Below are positions 38,729-53,775 of a stretch of DNA of 64,000 nt, one piece after another; position 1 is the stretch's first letter, and each line of letters starts with the position of its first letter. The notes below the pieces were generated by a model, which did not search any database, was not told the origin of the DNA, and was given only the letters and a program-made list of their open reading frames with translations. Position numbers and translations under genes: made by a program. The DNA is from the human T2T-CHM13v2.0 reference genome, Homo sapiens: the NCBI RefSeq assembly GCF_009914755.1, contig NC_060940.1; one strand, written 5' to 3'.

Positions 38729-38839
38729 GAATAGTGGTAATTTTTTTTCACAGTATTATTTGTAATCATATATTTTTCATATCACATATTTTACAGTATC
38801 ATATCATCTCTTTACTTCCAGGATGAATAGTGGTAATTT
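38729..38839 (-). other. 81-bp AT-rich insert flanked by a perfect 15-bp direct repeat
   Basis: GAATAGTGGTAATTT at 38729-38743 and 38825-38839; T8 run at 38741-38748. Confidence 0.7.
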
Positions 38840-39049
38840 ATAAAGTATTTCACCATTTACAAAACACTGTTGTGGGTAAGTAGTATCTTAGGACAAGTAT
38901 TCTATTCAATTAACAGATTCTAATTGAGTATTTGTCACTTTATTCATTTACCAAACAGTATAAGACATTGTCCCTATTTTGAGAAGCTGAAGAAGCTAAT
39001 AGCCTTATTGAAAATAGAAGATTAACATTCTAACTGTAATTCAATAGAT

Positions 39050-39290
39050 TATGTAGTGTGGTGGAAAGATCATAACCTCAGGGGATAAACTTCTGTGACA
39101 GATTCCAGCTCCTCCACCTCCCAGTTGTGAGGCCTTGAACAAATTTCTGGAGTTTGGCCTTTCTGAGCCTCTATTTTCTTCCTCTACAAAACAAGGAAAA
39201 TATCTTCCTTGTAGGATTATTGAAGTTGGAGGAAAAGCATCTCTTAGCACAGGCTCTGACACACTATCTACTATTGTGGTTATACTAATA
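39050..39290 (+). mobile_element. MIR SINE relic
   Basis: 'GGCCTTGAACAAATTTCT..TCTGAGCCTCTATTTTCTTCCTCTACAAAA..CTTAGCACAGGCTCTGACACA'. Confidence 0.65.
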
Positions 39291-39332
39291 AGAGCTACAA
39301 GTTAACTTGTATAACCACAATAGTAGATAGTG
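39262..39332. repeat. Perfect 24-bp inverted repeat with an overlapping 16-bp palindrome
   Basis: CACTATCTACTATTGTGGTTATAC (39262-39285) / GTATAACCACAATAGTAGATAGTG (39309-39332); TACAAGTTAACTTGTA at 39296-39311. Confidence 0.97.
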
Positions 39333-39399
39333 AAAATGCATATTAAAATAAGCATAAAGCTTTGGAAGACTGAGCAGATAACGCCAGTTGAGTGGTTGG

Positions 39400-40010
39400 A
39401 GATGAGGTAGACTTTTTCACCTACCAGATAGGCAAATATTAAAACCTTTTGATAATACCCATTTTTGTAAAGGTTGTAGGTAAACGGTGCTTACAAATAA
39501 TCTTGGTGGAATGTAAAAAGTACAACTTATTTTAAAGACAATTTGGCCATGTCTGGCAAAAAAAAGGTACATATCTTTTTTCTTAGCAATTCTTCTAGAA
39601 ATTTACTGAACTTGTTGGTGTATACAAAATCATGTACAGGGATGGTTTATAATGACATGCATAGAGTACTGGTTAAACAAACTATGGTACCCAATACAAG
39701 GAGATTCCAAGTGGCCATTAAAAAGGCTGAAGTAGGTCTATATCTACAGTTAAGAAATGCTCCACAAAATATATTATTAAATGAAACTAGAAAGTTGCAG
39801 AACTATGTGTATGGTATGCTTCCATTGTTAAAAACATGTACCAATGGACATGCATATAAAAATCACTGGAAGGACATACAAGATATTATTAACTCTAGTT
39901 TAGTCTAAACAGGGCTGGGTATTTAGAATGAGAAGAAAACTGTTTCCATTGTTCATTATTTTATATTATTTGAAGTAGTAGAAACTGTACCTCTTTTTAA
40001 AAGTAAATAA
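39400..40010 (+). mobile_element. Ancient L1ME-type 3' fragment
   Basis: 'TTTTTCACCTACCAGATAGGCAAATATTAAAA', 'TTAGCAATTCTTCTAGAAATTTA'. Confidence 0.6.
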
Positions 40011-41840
40011 ATATTATTGAAACAAGTGAATCTATACAACATCTATTATGGGAGGTCAGAGAAAAGAGTGATTAGAGAGGTGATCCGAAGTTTCAAACAG
40101 AGTCCATCCAGGGAAAATGAAGCCATACCAGGTAGCCAAATAAAGAGAATTTATTTTGGGGGACTCATTACAAAGATATGGCCATGTTGGAAGGCCTGGG
40201 AAACCAAACAGGGTTAGTGAGGCATCCTAGAGATCAGTGACAGCAAAGGCTATTACCAGAGCACAGAAGGTAGAGTTGGCCGCAAAGGAGGGAAGTCACT
40301 CCTCAGAGATGCCACTCTTCGGAGATGTCTTCTGGATCTCACGTCTTAATGGATGAACCTGTCTGGAAGCCAGTTAACAAGAATGCCTGGGAATGGAGTT
40401 TGCAGGGACGAGCTCCCTGCATATGGAGCAGAACAGAAGAAAGGTGGCAATGAATCAAGAGCAAAAGGTAAATGACTGGCATGTTCTGTGATGCTTGGTA
40501 GTCCTCTACAAAGGTGAAAATGGAATGGAGCTTTCAACAGTGGAGGATGTTTAGAGTAAGTTAAAAGGAGATGAGGGTGCCGGAAATGAAGACGAGCATG
40601 AAGCTTTAAGAGTTGAGGAAGCAATCCCAGATGGAATAGTTGGAGATGAGATTGGTTTAGGAAGGTGGATCCGCATCGAGTGTGGTTTTGTAAACCACGA
40701 ATTTATGGAGAATCATAATGAAGTAGTAGTGTTTTAGGCTAACTAGCCAGGCATCTACGCAGAGGACAGGTTGAAAGGGGCTAAAATTGGAGTTGGGGAT
40801 GTCTTTAGAAAGGCACTTCCTAACAATTGAGCACTTCCGAACAATTGTACCCAATTAATATTGGATATAGAAAGCCTGAATAAAATCAATCTGATCTAAT
40901 GTGTTTTATTTCTCTTTTAAAATTTGGAAGCAGAAGAAACTTCATGCTAACAGAGCATTATATTTCCCAAAAATAAATCCATATCTTCTTTTTATTTTCT
41001 AAAGTAATTTTTCTTTGATAAGTCACAGGAATATGGGCTGTGCTAAACTAATTCATAGCAAAGAAAAAAAAAGTTTGGAGGCTACATTCTGGATAATCGT
41101 GGTCAAAACATTTCCCTTGAACTATTCTAATAATTTAGTGTGAGGTCAGTGTCTTTCTGAATTAGTCATATAATATCTTCAGTTTTTCACTTTATTTTGT
41201 AAGAAACAGTTCTAGCTTCCAGACCCGGGGTCCTACCTGGGTTTCTTTATTGAGATCATCTTTGTTTTGTCTGCCTCACACCCTGTCTTCTTTTGAGGAT
41301 CCCACCTTCTGTCTTGGGTGATAACTGTTTGTGGTCTCAGTTCTCTGCTCCTATGGCCACATGTGTGAGCCCACACTCACACCAATTACAGTCCCTTCCT
41401 CAGATATTTTTGAGCTGGAGCTGGGGTGAAGATGTGGTTTTTCAGTGTGCAATGAGACTCAATTTCACCCATGTTGTTTACCATGGATCAGAGAGAATGA
41501 AACTCACATGTTAAAAGAGGCAGCGGAAAAAAGCAAAAACAAAAGGCCTTGTCCCTGGTTCCAGTTGTTGGTAGGACCTGGCTGCATCTCTGCTCTTACC
41601 ACAGTTATGTGAACCAATACTTTCCCCTTTTTGAGCAAGATGATTTGAATTGGGTTTCTGTCACTTGAAATCATAAGAACCTTGTCATGTATAACCTTGC
41701 AAGTATATACAAACTTTTGGGGATAGTGGGTCCATAGCTTTCTTCAAGTTCTTACAGGGGCCAGGAACCCAAGGCAGGTTAAGATTTTTTCTTCTAGACA
41801 TTCTGGTGGGCTGTTAGCTTTTTTTGTGGTCCTTAAGCTC

Positions 41841-43031
<1,191 letters not shown>

Positions 43032-43369
43032 CTACTAACCTATGATATGCACCAAATCCAGAGATCATCATTTCTGGTGGATCTTAGAGACTGTTCTGGA
43101 AGGGGCCTTTTCCTGGAAGAAAGAGCTTTAAGAAGTGTGAAGAGGTCTCTGTTGGCAGGCAATGATGGTGGATGGATTGTATGAAAGGTTCTCATTACCA
43201 CAAATAGTCTGTTTTGCTAGTATTATGATCTCTATGTTAACATTAGTGCTGGTTAGTTGTTCCATCTGCAGAAGAAAGGGGGTATAACAAGACACATCTG
43301 ACCTCCAGTCCCATGATGGCTGGAAAGTCAATTTTTAAGGTTCTTCTGGGAACACTGGGAATCCACTAA

Positions 43370-43830
43370 AGCATGGATTCTGGAACTAGCCTGTTTGGAT
43401 TTGAATCCCAGCTCTTCCTCCAGCTGACTTTGTAACCTTAGATGAGTTACTTAACTTCTCTGTGCTTTAGTTCTCCCATCTGCAAAACAGAGAAGCATAT
43501 AACCATCAGCTATACCAGATTGCCCTCTTGCCAGCTAAAAAACAGAAAGACCAAGGCTCTTTCCCAATAGTTCCAGTGAAAGACCCAGAAATTAGTTTGA
43601 TTGGCCAGCCATGGATCATGTGCCCATTCATGAGCCAATCAGAAGGATGGGACACTCTGATTGGTTAGCTCTGAGTCGTGTGACCATCTGTGGAATTCGG
43701 AGAGGGGCTCATTATAAGCTGCATAATTTGAAAATGGAGAAGGTACTGTTCTCCGAAGGACATCAGGCATCTGTGAGCAGCATCAAAGAAAATGGACATT
43801 GGGCAGACACAAACAGTGGTTATTTACTAA
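43370..43830. mobile_element. MIR relic followed by MLT1-type LTR relic
   Basis: MIR core 'GTAACCTTAGATGAGTTACTTAACTTCTCTGTGC'; MLT1-like 'TGATTGGCCAGCCATGGATCATGTGCCCA'. Confidence 0.6.
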
Positions 43831-44804
43831 TGGCTCCACTGTGGTGACTGTAAGCCTCCTGAGGTTGGGGACCACAATCTTCAGCTTTTCTGAGCAGTCT
43901 TAGGCTCTGTGAGCCTGCAGTAAACACTCAGTAAATGACTTTTGCTTCATCCTGGCTAGTCCCAAGCCTAGTTCACATTGAAAACTTCTTGACTGTAAAT
44001 GCTATGATTCTATCTTACTTTTTAGGCAGAAAAGGCTGGAGCAATACTTATGGCCAGAAATATAACATACACACTTTAAACATCCCTTTTCTGACTTAGC
44101 TCAAAGTTGCAAATGGCATTTCAATAGCCTCAGACGGAGCAGCACACCTCGAAAATGTCTTTGGAAACTCTCAGTTGGGGATAAGGGTCTTTAAAACATA
44201 CGAGGGATCACCATGCCCAGTGGTATTACTTTAAATGTGCTCTCACGTGGACACCATGGAGACCTCTGACCTGCCTCTGGAGTCTGGTGAGTGCTAAGTG
44301 TCTCTGGGGATGTTTGTGGGGACCCTGCTGCAGCAGATTTATGGCCTTGACCGGCCTTGGATGGAGGCCTCCCAGGATGCAATTGGTGGTTCTCCTCAGC
44401 TAATATGCTGTGGGGATGAAGTGTTTGCCTGCCTGTAAATCTGCTCAGCCCAAATGCCGAGACAGTTCTTTAAAGGCAAGGATAATCTGACCAATATAAA
44501 AACGCAGATGGTGCCCGCCTTGTTAAATGTCACAAAACAAGGGAATTATGATAATAACAAGAACGAGGAGAAAATCTCCCTTTGTCTTCTTGCCAGCAGC
44601 TCAGAGGCCGTTCCAACGGGGAAGTGCTGCTGGGCAGGCTCAGGAAGGGGGATTAGAGACCAGATGCCTCCGATCCCACCGTGAGTGGTGAATTTGGGGT
44701 AACCACCCTTTAGAAGGTTTTGGTCTCCTTTGGAAAGTACAAGAATACCATTGGGGAAAAAAAGCACATTTTAAGATCCTAGCAGGTCATCTTTTGTTGG
44801 AATA

Positions 44805-44883
44805 AAGAGAGACAGAGAGAGAGGAAGGAAAGGAAAAGGAAAAGGAGAGAGAGAGAGAGAGATTGAGAGAGAGAGAGAGAGAA
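44805..44883. repeat. (GA)n / polypurine microsatellite
   Basis: Visible GA-rich tract. Confidence 0.9.
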
Positions 44884-45071
44884 AATGTGTGTACTGTGCC
44901 TGGCACTATGCAGATGACGACCTCATCATCTCCTGTTGCTAGTAAGGAAGATGTGGAGAAGGCGGTACCTCCTGGAGAAGGCTTGTCACCATGAAGGAGT
45001 GGGAGCTAATCAGTGCATAAATGGCTTTGAAATACAGGGACAGCTGGTGGAGGAAGAGGAAGTGAAGGAGA

Positions 45072-45997
<926 letters not shown>

Positions 45998-46014
45998 AGC
46001 ATGATAATGAATGC

Positions 46015-46590
46015 CTTCTGTTACATCCTCCCAGCACCATTGATGTTTCTGCTGGAAACTTCTTCAGCTCCTCCCTTTACCCAGATTGTTCCCATGGGAT
46101 CGGTCATTATCTTCTATGCCCCTCCCCTAGCCATAGTTGTTTGGCCAGAGGTGGGCACCTGACTTAAGCTGGGCCAATGATAGCATCCCTACCATCCTGG
46201 TCATGGCTGATTGATCCAGGCATGCATTTCTGATCCACTTGACTCAGTAAGCCCCTTCCCTAGGAATTTATATTGGAACCAAAGAATCTGGCAATCCAGT
46301 GTCTCTCTGGTGGATGAAGTTAATATGAAACTGCTGGCAGGCACATTCTCTGCCTTGTAGAGAAAGCCTGTCTGCAGAGGGAAGGAGGTGGAGCTGATGT
46401 GTGGAAAGAAGCAGGGGCACAGGATGAGGCAGGAGTTTGATGGCATTTAAGGCCTGGGCTCCATTAGTTCCTGAGGCCTGTCACTGCCTGTCTTGTGGCT
46501 GACCGCTCAACCAATCCTTGGATTCTCTTAAACCTTTATTGCTTTCGCAGTTTCCAGTGCTTGTTACTTATGACTCAAGGAGCCCTAACA
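46015..46590 (+). mobile_element. LTR16/LTR33-like ERVL LTR relic
   Basis: 'GGTGGGCACCTGACTTAAGCTGGGCCAATGA', 'GTTCCTGAGGCC'. Confidence 0.5.
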
Positions 46591-46611
46591 GCACAGGCAC
46601 TTAACATGATG

Positions 46612-46825
46612 ATCCTAAGACAGAAAGTAGAGGGTGGATGCCAGGGGTTAGAGAAGGGGGAATGGGGAATTGCTGTTTAATGGGGACGGAATTTCAGTTT
46701 TGCAAGAAGAGCTCTGGAGATTGGTTGCACAGCAGTGTGAATGCACCTAACACCACAGAACTGTACACTTACAAATGGTTAAGAAGGTACATTTTATGTT
46801 ATGTGTATTTTACCCCAATACTTTA
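46612..46825 (+). mobile_element. L1MB-type 3' end fragment
   Basis: 'TTAATGGGGACGGAATTTCAGTTTTGCAAGA..GAACTGTACACTTACAAATGGTTAAGA'. Confidence 0.8.
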
Positions 46826-48134
46826 AAAATGCTCCCGAGAAGAACAAAACAAAAGCACCTCTCTCCCAAATCTCTGAATCAAGGGTCAGCTTTGCTGCTA
46901 GTTCACCGCCAATTATTTTCTTGACATCAGCTCTGTGTCTGAGCCTGACATCAGCTTTGGGTCTAACTCCAATCTGACTCTCCCCTGCCCTTGTAGATTC
47001 CATTGTTAGTTGTCCCTGCCTTGTGTGACCTCATTTTAATAGCGTGGAGTCTCTTAGGCCAAGCTGTAACAAGTAACCCAGAAAATAAATTGGATCCATC
47101 AGAACCAGACTCATTCAGTTCCCTCCAAAGTCATGTATAAATAATGTGGGGTCCTCAGCTCCACTGCCAACCAGCTCAGATAGCTAGCAGGTGCCTGAGC
47201 AGATGCACATGTGTGGGAGGGAAGTCTTTGGTCTGGATATGAGTCCCACTAAGAGCAAGAGAAAGGCTTTAATCACAGCTCAATTTTAACATCCTTTTGT
47301 GTAGCTGAAATTGGGGGGAGTGGCTTCTAATGAACACAATCTGGTCCTGATCCATGCAATGCATTCTCCCCCAGCGGCAGACTCCTCAGCAAGTTGGCTG
47401 CATGAAGATGATGAGGGCGATAGGACAGCACATCTTCCTGCTTTGGGGAGCTTTTCACCAAGAGCTGAGCCAGAGGCAAAGCAATGAACAAAGGCAGGAT
47501 TTCAATAAGGAAAACTCAAGAGCTGAATTGTGTTGGAAAGACCTTGCAAAACCAAATGCCTAGCTTTGTCCTCCAGACCTCAAAATATTTTGAATTTGTG
47601 TATAATATTCTTATCCACAAACTGACAAATCCTTTGCTTTTCCAAATATGCTATTAAAAATATACAAATCTTCAAAATTCATTCAAAGGGAATTGACTTG
47701 TAGAGGTGAAAATCCCCCAAAAGAGGTGGATAGAAAGAGATTTTTATAACATATTGTGGGGAAGGGAGTTTGAGTTTTAAAAGACATGGAAAAGCAATGG
47801 GGAGGAGGGCATGAGACCAGCCTGCTGAAACATATTTCTTTTTCTAAGCTAAATGCAGAAGGCGTTTTAAAGTGCAAAGTGTAAATTTTTAAAAGTCCTT
47901 TGGCTTTAAATATATGCATGTGGGTATCTGTGAGAATGCCCTGACAAGCCAGCTCCTCTGCCTGTGCCTCACATTCGCATTCTGGGCAGCAGCAAAATGA
48001 TTTGATTTTACCCAATAAGAGAAGCTACTAATAAAAACAGAATTGAAATAAATCACCAGCATGAGAATGCTGGCTGCTGGACTTTGAAGGAAGGCAAGAT
48101 TCATGAAACTGTGCAGCATGAAAAAAAAATTACA

Positions 48135-48701
<567 letters not shown>

Positions 48702-49264
48702 TTAAGGCTCAGAAAAATTGACAGAAATATATATTCTATATTTACAAACTCTTTAGAAATGGACTTGGACAAAGTTATGGAATAGACAAAGTCAAATCCC
48801 ATTGGCGTCACCCTGCCATGATCACCTTGGTGTACTTTCCTGCAGCTCACTCTGGCACCCTGTGAGCTATGGACCTCCTAAACCTCTTTTCCATTCTGCA
48901 GATCCCTCTCCTTTCTAGGGAATACAAGGTGATAATGGTTTAATCGCCAGATAATGAACCTCACTTCGTTGCCTTTCAAAGGAAGAAATCTCTAATTTAG
49001 TTAGAACATGCATTTTTTGAAAGTTCTTGCAGTCCAGTTGGCCATATTGGTAAGTATTTAAAACACAGCAGGAATCCTGTGAGAGGGAGTTGGAGGCAGT
49101 TGGGTGTCATGGCACCATCTCTGTCTGTGGGCTGCTGCTGGGTCTCAATCTTGGTATTTGACTAACTTCTTTTTCTCCAGAATATACCAGTCTACTTTTT
49201 TGCTCATGGGTTTGCTGTAAACAAAAGTAACCACTTGATATTTAAATAAGGCAATCATTATTAC

Positions 49265-49691
49265 TATATTAGTCTGTTATTGCATTGCTATAAAGAAATA
49301 CCTGAGACTGGGTAATGTATACGAAAAAGGTTTAATGGCTTACAGTTCCACAGGCTGTATAAGAAGCATGATGCTGGCATCTGCTTGGCTTTTGGGGAGG
49401 CCTCAGGAAGCTTACAGTCATTGTGGAAGGCGAAAGGGGAGCAAGCATGAGTTACATGGCAGGAGCAGGAGCAAGAGAAAAAGAGGGAGGAGGTGCCACA
49501 CACTTTTAAACAACCAGATCCCAGGAGAGCTCACACACTATCATGAGAACAACATCAAAGACATGGTGCTAAACCATTCATGAGAAATCCACCCCCATGA
49601 CCCAATCACTACCCATTAGGCCCCACCTCCAAACATTGGAGATTACAAATTGACATGAGATTTGATGGGGACACAGTTCCAAACCATGTCA
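49265..49691 (-). mobile_element. MSTA-type MaLR solo LTR
   Basis: 'ATTGCTATAAAGAAATACCTGAGACTGGGTAAT..CCAAACCATGTCA'; ~427 bp. Confidence 0.9.
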
Positions 49692-50131
49692 ACTAACTTT
49701 AACCAAAATGACAGTACTGCAGCAAAACTAGTGTGCCCACCAACCAAGATGGTGCCCAGCTTGTGGGGGTCTCACTGCCCTCTTCCCACTTTACATTTCC
49801 TAATGTTACCTGTGTGGCTCAGGTGTGTGTGGAGCCAGCCTACCGAATGCGGCTGGGGAAAAGGCATTCTGGCCCTGTCATTTTGAAGTGAAAGAGACAA
49901 ACAGATCTGTATCACAAGCCCTGACAATTCTAACCTTTTTAGGGAGTTTGATTTTATATGACAAACTGTAAAGCTGTCATCCAGAATGAGCCCTGATTGT
50001 TCATTCATTGGTCAGGTTAAGCGTGTGCGATGGTGGTTCTTTCAATCACTAGTCACAAGAAAGAGTCAGCTCTTGTTTGGTTTTCAGGTAGGTAGGAAGG
50101 TCCAGGATTGCACCAAGCACACACACTCACC

Positions 50132-50560
50132 CACATATGCACACACACAAGCATGGACACACAGACACACTTGATGGGATCGATGCGATTGGCAGCTGCT
50201 GTTGCTACAGTATTTGGTATAACAAAAAGATTTGGAGAAGAGCAGATTGTTAAATTTAACAAATAAAAAAAACAACCAAAGAAGTTACTCAGTGAATTAC
50301 ATATCTGCTGTACATAAGATACTTTCCCAGTATTTCTCTGAACCAAGATCCAGGTCTACTTCCTTCGGTTAAACAGGCAGAATGCGTGTGCTAACTTAGG
50401 CCCTGAGGGGCATCACATGCCGGGCTTGTGTGTGTGCGTTATACATGAGTCCTAAGCCTTCTAAACAGACTTCATGGGCTACTAGAAGAAAATAAAGTGC
50501 ATTTTAGGTAAATGCCATCAAGTGTGTTTGTGTGTGCATGCTTGTGTGTGTGCATATGTG
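50132..50560. repeat. Spaced inverted repeat: 46-bp arms (44/46 identical), 337-bp spacer
   Basis: 50132-50177 versus reverse complement of 50515-50560. Confidence 0.93.
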
Positions 50561-50596
50561 TGGTTTTATGTTGGGAAGACTATAGAAACTGATCAA

Positions 50597-50914
50597 GGCC
50601 AGGCATGGTGGCTCACGCCTATAATCCCAGCAGTTTGGGAGGCCCAGGTGGGAGGATTGCTTGAGCCCAGAAGTTTGAAACCAGCCTTGGCAACAAAGCG
50701 AGACCCCATCTCTACAAATAACTAAAATTAGCTGGTCATACTGGCACATGCCTGTGGTCTCAGCTACACATGAAGCTGAGGCAGAAGGACCACTTGAGCC
50801 CAAGAGGTCAAGGCTGTAATGAGTCATATTTGTGCCACTGCACTCCAGCTTGGGCAACAGAGCAAGATCCTGTCAAAAAATAATAATAACAACCAGCAAC
50901 AACAACAAAAAAAA
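50597..50914 (+). mobile_element. Alu SINE (AluJ-like) with AAT/AAC tail
   Basis: 'GGAGGATTGCTTGAGCCCAG', 'GAGGTCAAGGCTG'. Confidence 0.92.
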
Positions 50915-52524
50915 CCTGATGCAAAGCAGATTGATGGCAACATGGAGATGTCCTGTTCCCTGGCAATGCTGAGTCACTCACCTACCATTCCCCAAAAGGC
51001 GCCATGCCGTTCCACACTCCTCTGTTTTTGCAGTCATGTCTGGACTACCCGGAATGTCCTCTCCTGTTCATCATTCACGGCTCAGCTCAGGCATCCCTTT
51101 CGAAGCTGTCCCTGACTGTATCAGGCAGTTAACCATGTCCTTCTTGGCGTTCACTGTACCTTGTATCCTTCTCTGATAGAATGTCAACCTTTGTAACCAG
51201 TATCTATTTATTGTTTTCTCTCCTTTGCTGGGTCAGTGAGAGCAGGGAGTATGCCAGACAAGAGAGCTTCCTGCGGCCACAAGCCTGCACTGTGTGGGGC
51301 ATGAAGGCACTCAGCTGTGGGGAAAACATTAATGCAGGATGGCTACTGCACCCCAGGCACCCATCTATGGAATGCCATTTGTGTGCATTGAGCATTTGAC
51401 TGTAATATAACAAGTGACCATGATCTTTCTGGCCTTCTTAGGAGAATTTCTGAGGGCTTCACAGCAAAATCTCAAAACAAGGGAGAGAATCTGTTTACTT
51501 CCAATTTCATTTGAAGGATATTCTGATGTTCCAGAAGTTTTTTTATTTTTATTTTTGAAAATGAAAGACTCCATTCCAGGTATGATTGATTTTCTTGATG
51601 CCATTTGCTTATGAGACAGAAAATTTTAATTTTGCAGCTCATCTTGGTTCTTGCCATACCTCCATTTACTCGTCTGGCTAATGTTTATTGGGCATCTGAA
51701 CTTCAACTCCTAAATTATTTCATGCACTTGAACATGACACCAAAATCTTTAATCAGACAATGTGTTGTAATGTGGGATTTAGAAATTTTGGAAATAAGGT
51801 CACTATATTAACCATATGTGGTAACCCTTGTCCTCAGCTTAATTTTTTCTCTAAGAAGCCCTGGGACTCCACTCATAGAGTGACGAGCAAGCTGTAGGCT
51901 CTGTCCTCTCCATGCAGTGAGAAAGGCAAATATGGTGGGCTCTGACAAAGAAAAAGGAAGCAGGCAACAGTCACTGAGTGTTTATTACATGCTTGACATA
52001 AGGAAGACAAGAAGAAAGCAAAGTAACCCTGACTGGAGGGAGATAGGTACAAACAACAAAAGACAGCTCACTCCCTCTCAAGCATCTCCAAAACTCCTTC
52101 TAGAGGATCGGGGCTGAGGAAGCCCCTGAAAATGTAGATTAAAAGATTCAGTCCCTGTCCTCAAAGGGCTGAAGGTCTAAGGGCCATATACACATAACTC
52201 ACCACCAAACAGTGCCATAGGCTGTGGCCATGGCGATTAGGAATTGCCCAGTGAAGCAAATCCTGAGCCCACTGGAGGTCAGGGTAGACTTTCAGAAGGG
52301 ATGATGGGAGGAACTGGGGCAATTAACTGCTATTGACACATAACAGTCTAATTATATTGAGGTCTGACATCAAAATAAATAGAATCAATAGCAAGTTGGA
52401 AAAAGGGAGGAGTTTGAAGATTTACCACCCCTATTCATTTCTATGTTACATCTCAAACCAAAATGGCTCTGAATGGAAACATAGCAACATAAAGGATTTT
52501 CTTTGTTGCCTTCTTTCCTATTCG

Positions 52525-53200
52525 CTTACTCATTCATTCAACAAACTGTTTTGAAGTCCTAGTTTCCAGGCAGCATTCTAAGTACTAAGGATATAGAGGT
52601 GCACAAGATGACATCGCTGCTTTCAAGGGGATTAATTAAAATTTTATTTTATTTTATTTTTTGAGATAAGGTGTTGTTCTGTCACCCAGGCTGGAGTGCA
52701 GTGGTGTAATCATAGCTCACTGCAGGCTTGAACTCCTGGGCTCAAGCCATCCTCCCACCTCAACCTCCTGAATAGCTGGGATTATGGGCATGTGCCATCA
52801 CACTCAGCTAATTTTTTATTTTTATTTTTTTACCAGGGGCAGGGTCTCATTGTGTTGCCCAGATTGGTTTCAAACTCAAGTGATCCTCCTGCCTTGGCCT
52901 CCCAAAGTGTTAGGATTACAGGGGTGAGCAACTGCATCTGGCCTCAAGGAGCTTTTATTACAATAGGGAAGCAAATAAATAAGATTACACCAGATTCCTA
53001 AAATTTATACCTGATGAAGGCATAAAGTGATTAGGAGGAGCTTCTTAACACATTCTGATCAGGGAAGTCCCCTGGAAAAGGTGATTTCTGAGCAGAGACC
53101 TAAAAGATAAAGACTGAGCCATATGAAGAGTTGGTGGGTAGAGGAGAAGAGAATCTTCTAGGCTGATAGAGTTGAGAAGTCTCCATTGAACAAATGTTCC
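52525..53200 (-). mobile_element. L2 relic interrupted by Alu
   Basis: Reverse L2 3' end 'CATTCATTCAACAAAC', 'GGTGATTTCTGAGCAGAGACCTAAA'. Confidence 0.65.
52642..52943 (-). mobile_element. Alu SINE (AluJ-like)
   Basis: (TTTTA)n tail; 'CATAGCTCACTGCAGGCTTGAACTCCTGGGCTCAAG'. Confidence 0.92.
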
Positions 53201-53775
53201 TCCAGGCCTCAATCCACTTAGGGCCTGCTTGTTAAAAGGATTTGACCATTGGTCTGGACATGCTGGGTTATGATACAATAACAGCAACTCCAAATCTCAG
53301 TGGTTTATAATGAGGGGGGGTTGCATTGCATTCATGGCTCTTGGAAGAGCAGAGGTGAGGTGTGTGTGGGGGTGGGCTTTGCTTCAGGTGTCCTCACCCC
53401 AGAACCCAGGCTGATGGAGCAGCTGGATCTTGTGGCAGAGTTAATAAAAGAAAGAGAAAACATGATCAGCCACACACATCAGCTGGTGTCAGCTCTTACA
53501 ACTTCCATCTAGAAGAGATCATAGACATTCCCTTGGCTGACGAGTGCTACCTGTGTACCCCTAACTGCAAGGGGGGAGTGAAGTACAATCCTACATCGTA
53601 CCAGGAGAATGGAAAATTTTAGTGAGCAGTGCTAATGACTAGCTCATATGCGAAAGGTGAAGAATTTGCTTCTCCCTTAGCTGGTACATGAAATCAAGAA
53701 TTTCAGATTTGGAAGTTTGGTCACAGCCTGAGCTCTCTGCACAAAGGAAGAAAATTGGCTCTTGCTGATAATGTA

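Noticed and set aside
38101-40850. Small tandem microduplications (38101-38160, ~40297-40330, ~40813-40848; also 18303-18360)
   Set aside because: 16-28 bp two- or three-copy slippage events, ordinary in mammalian DNA
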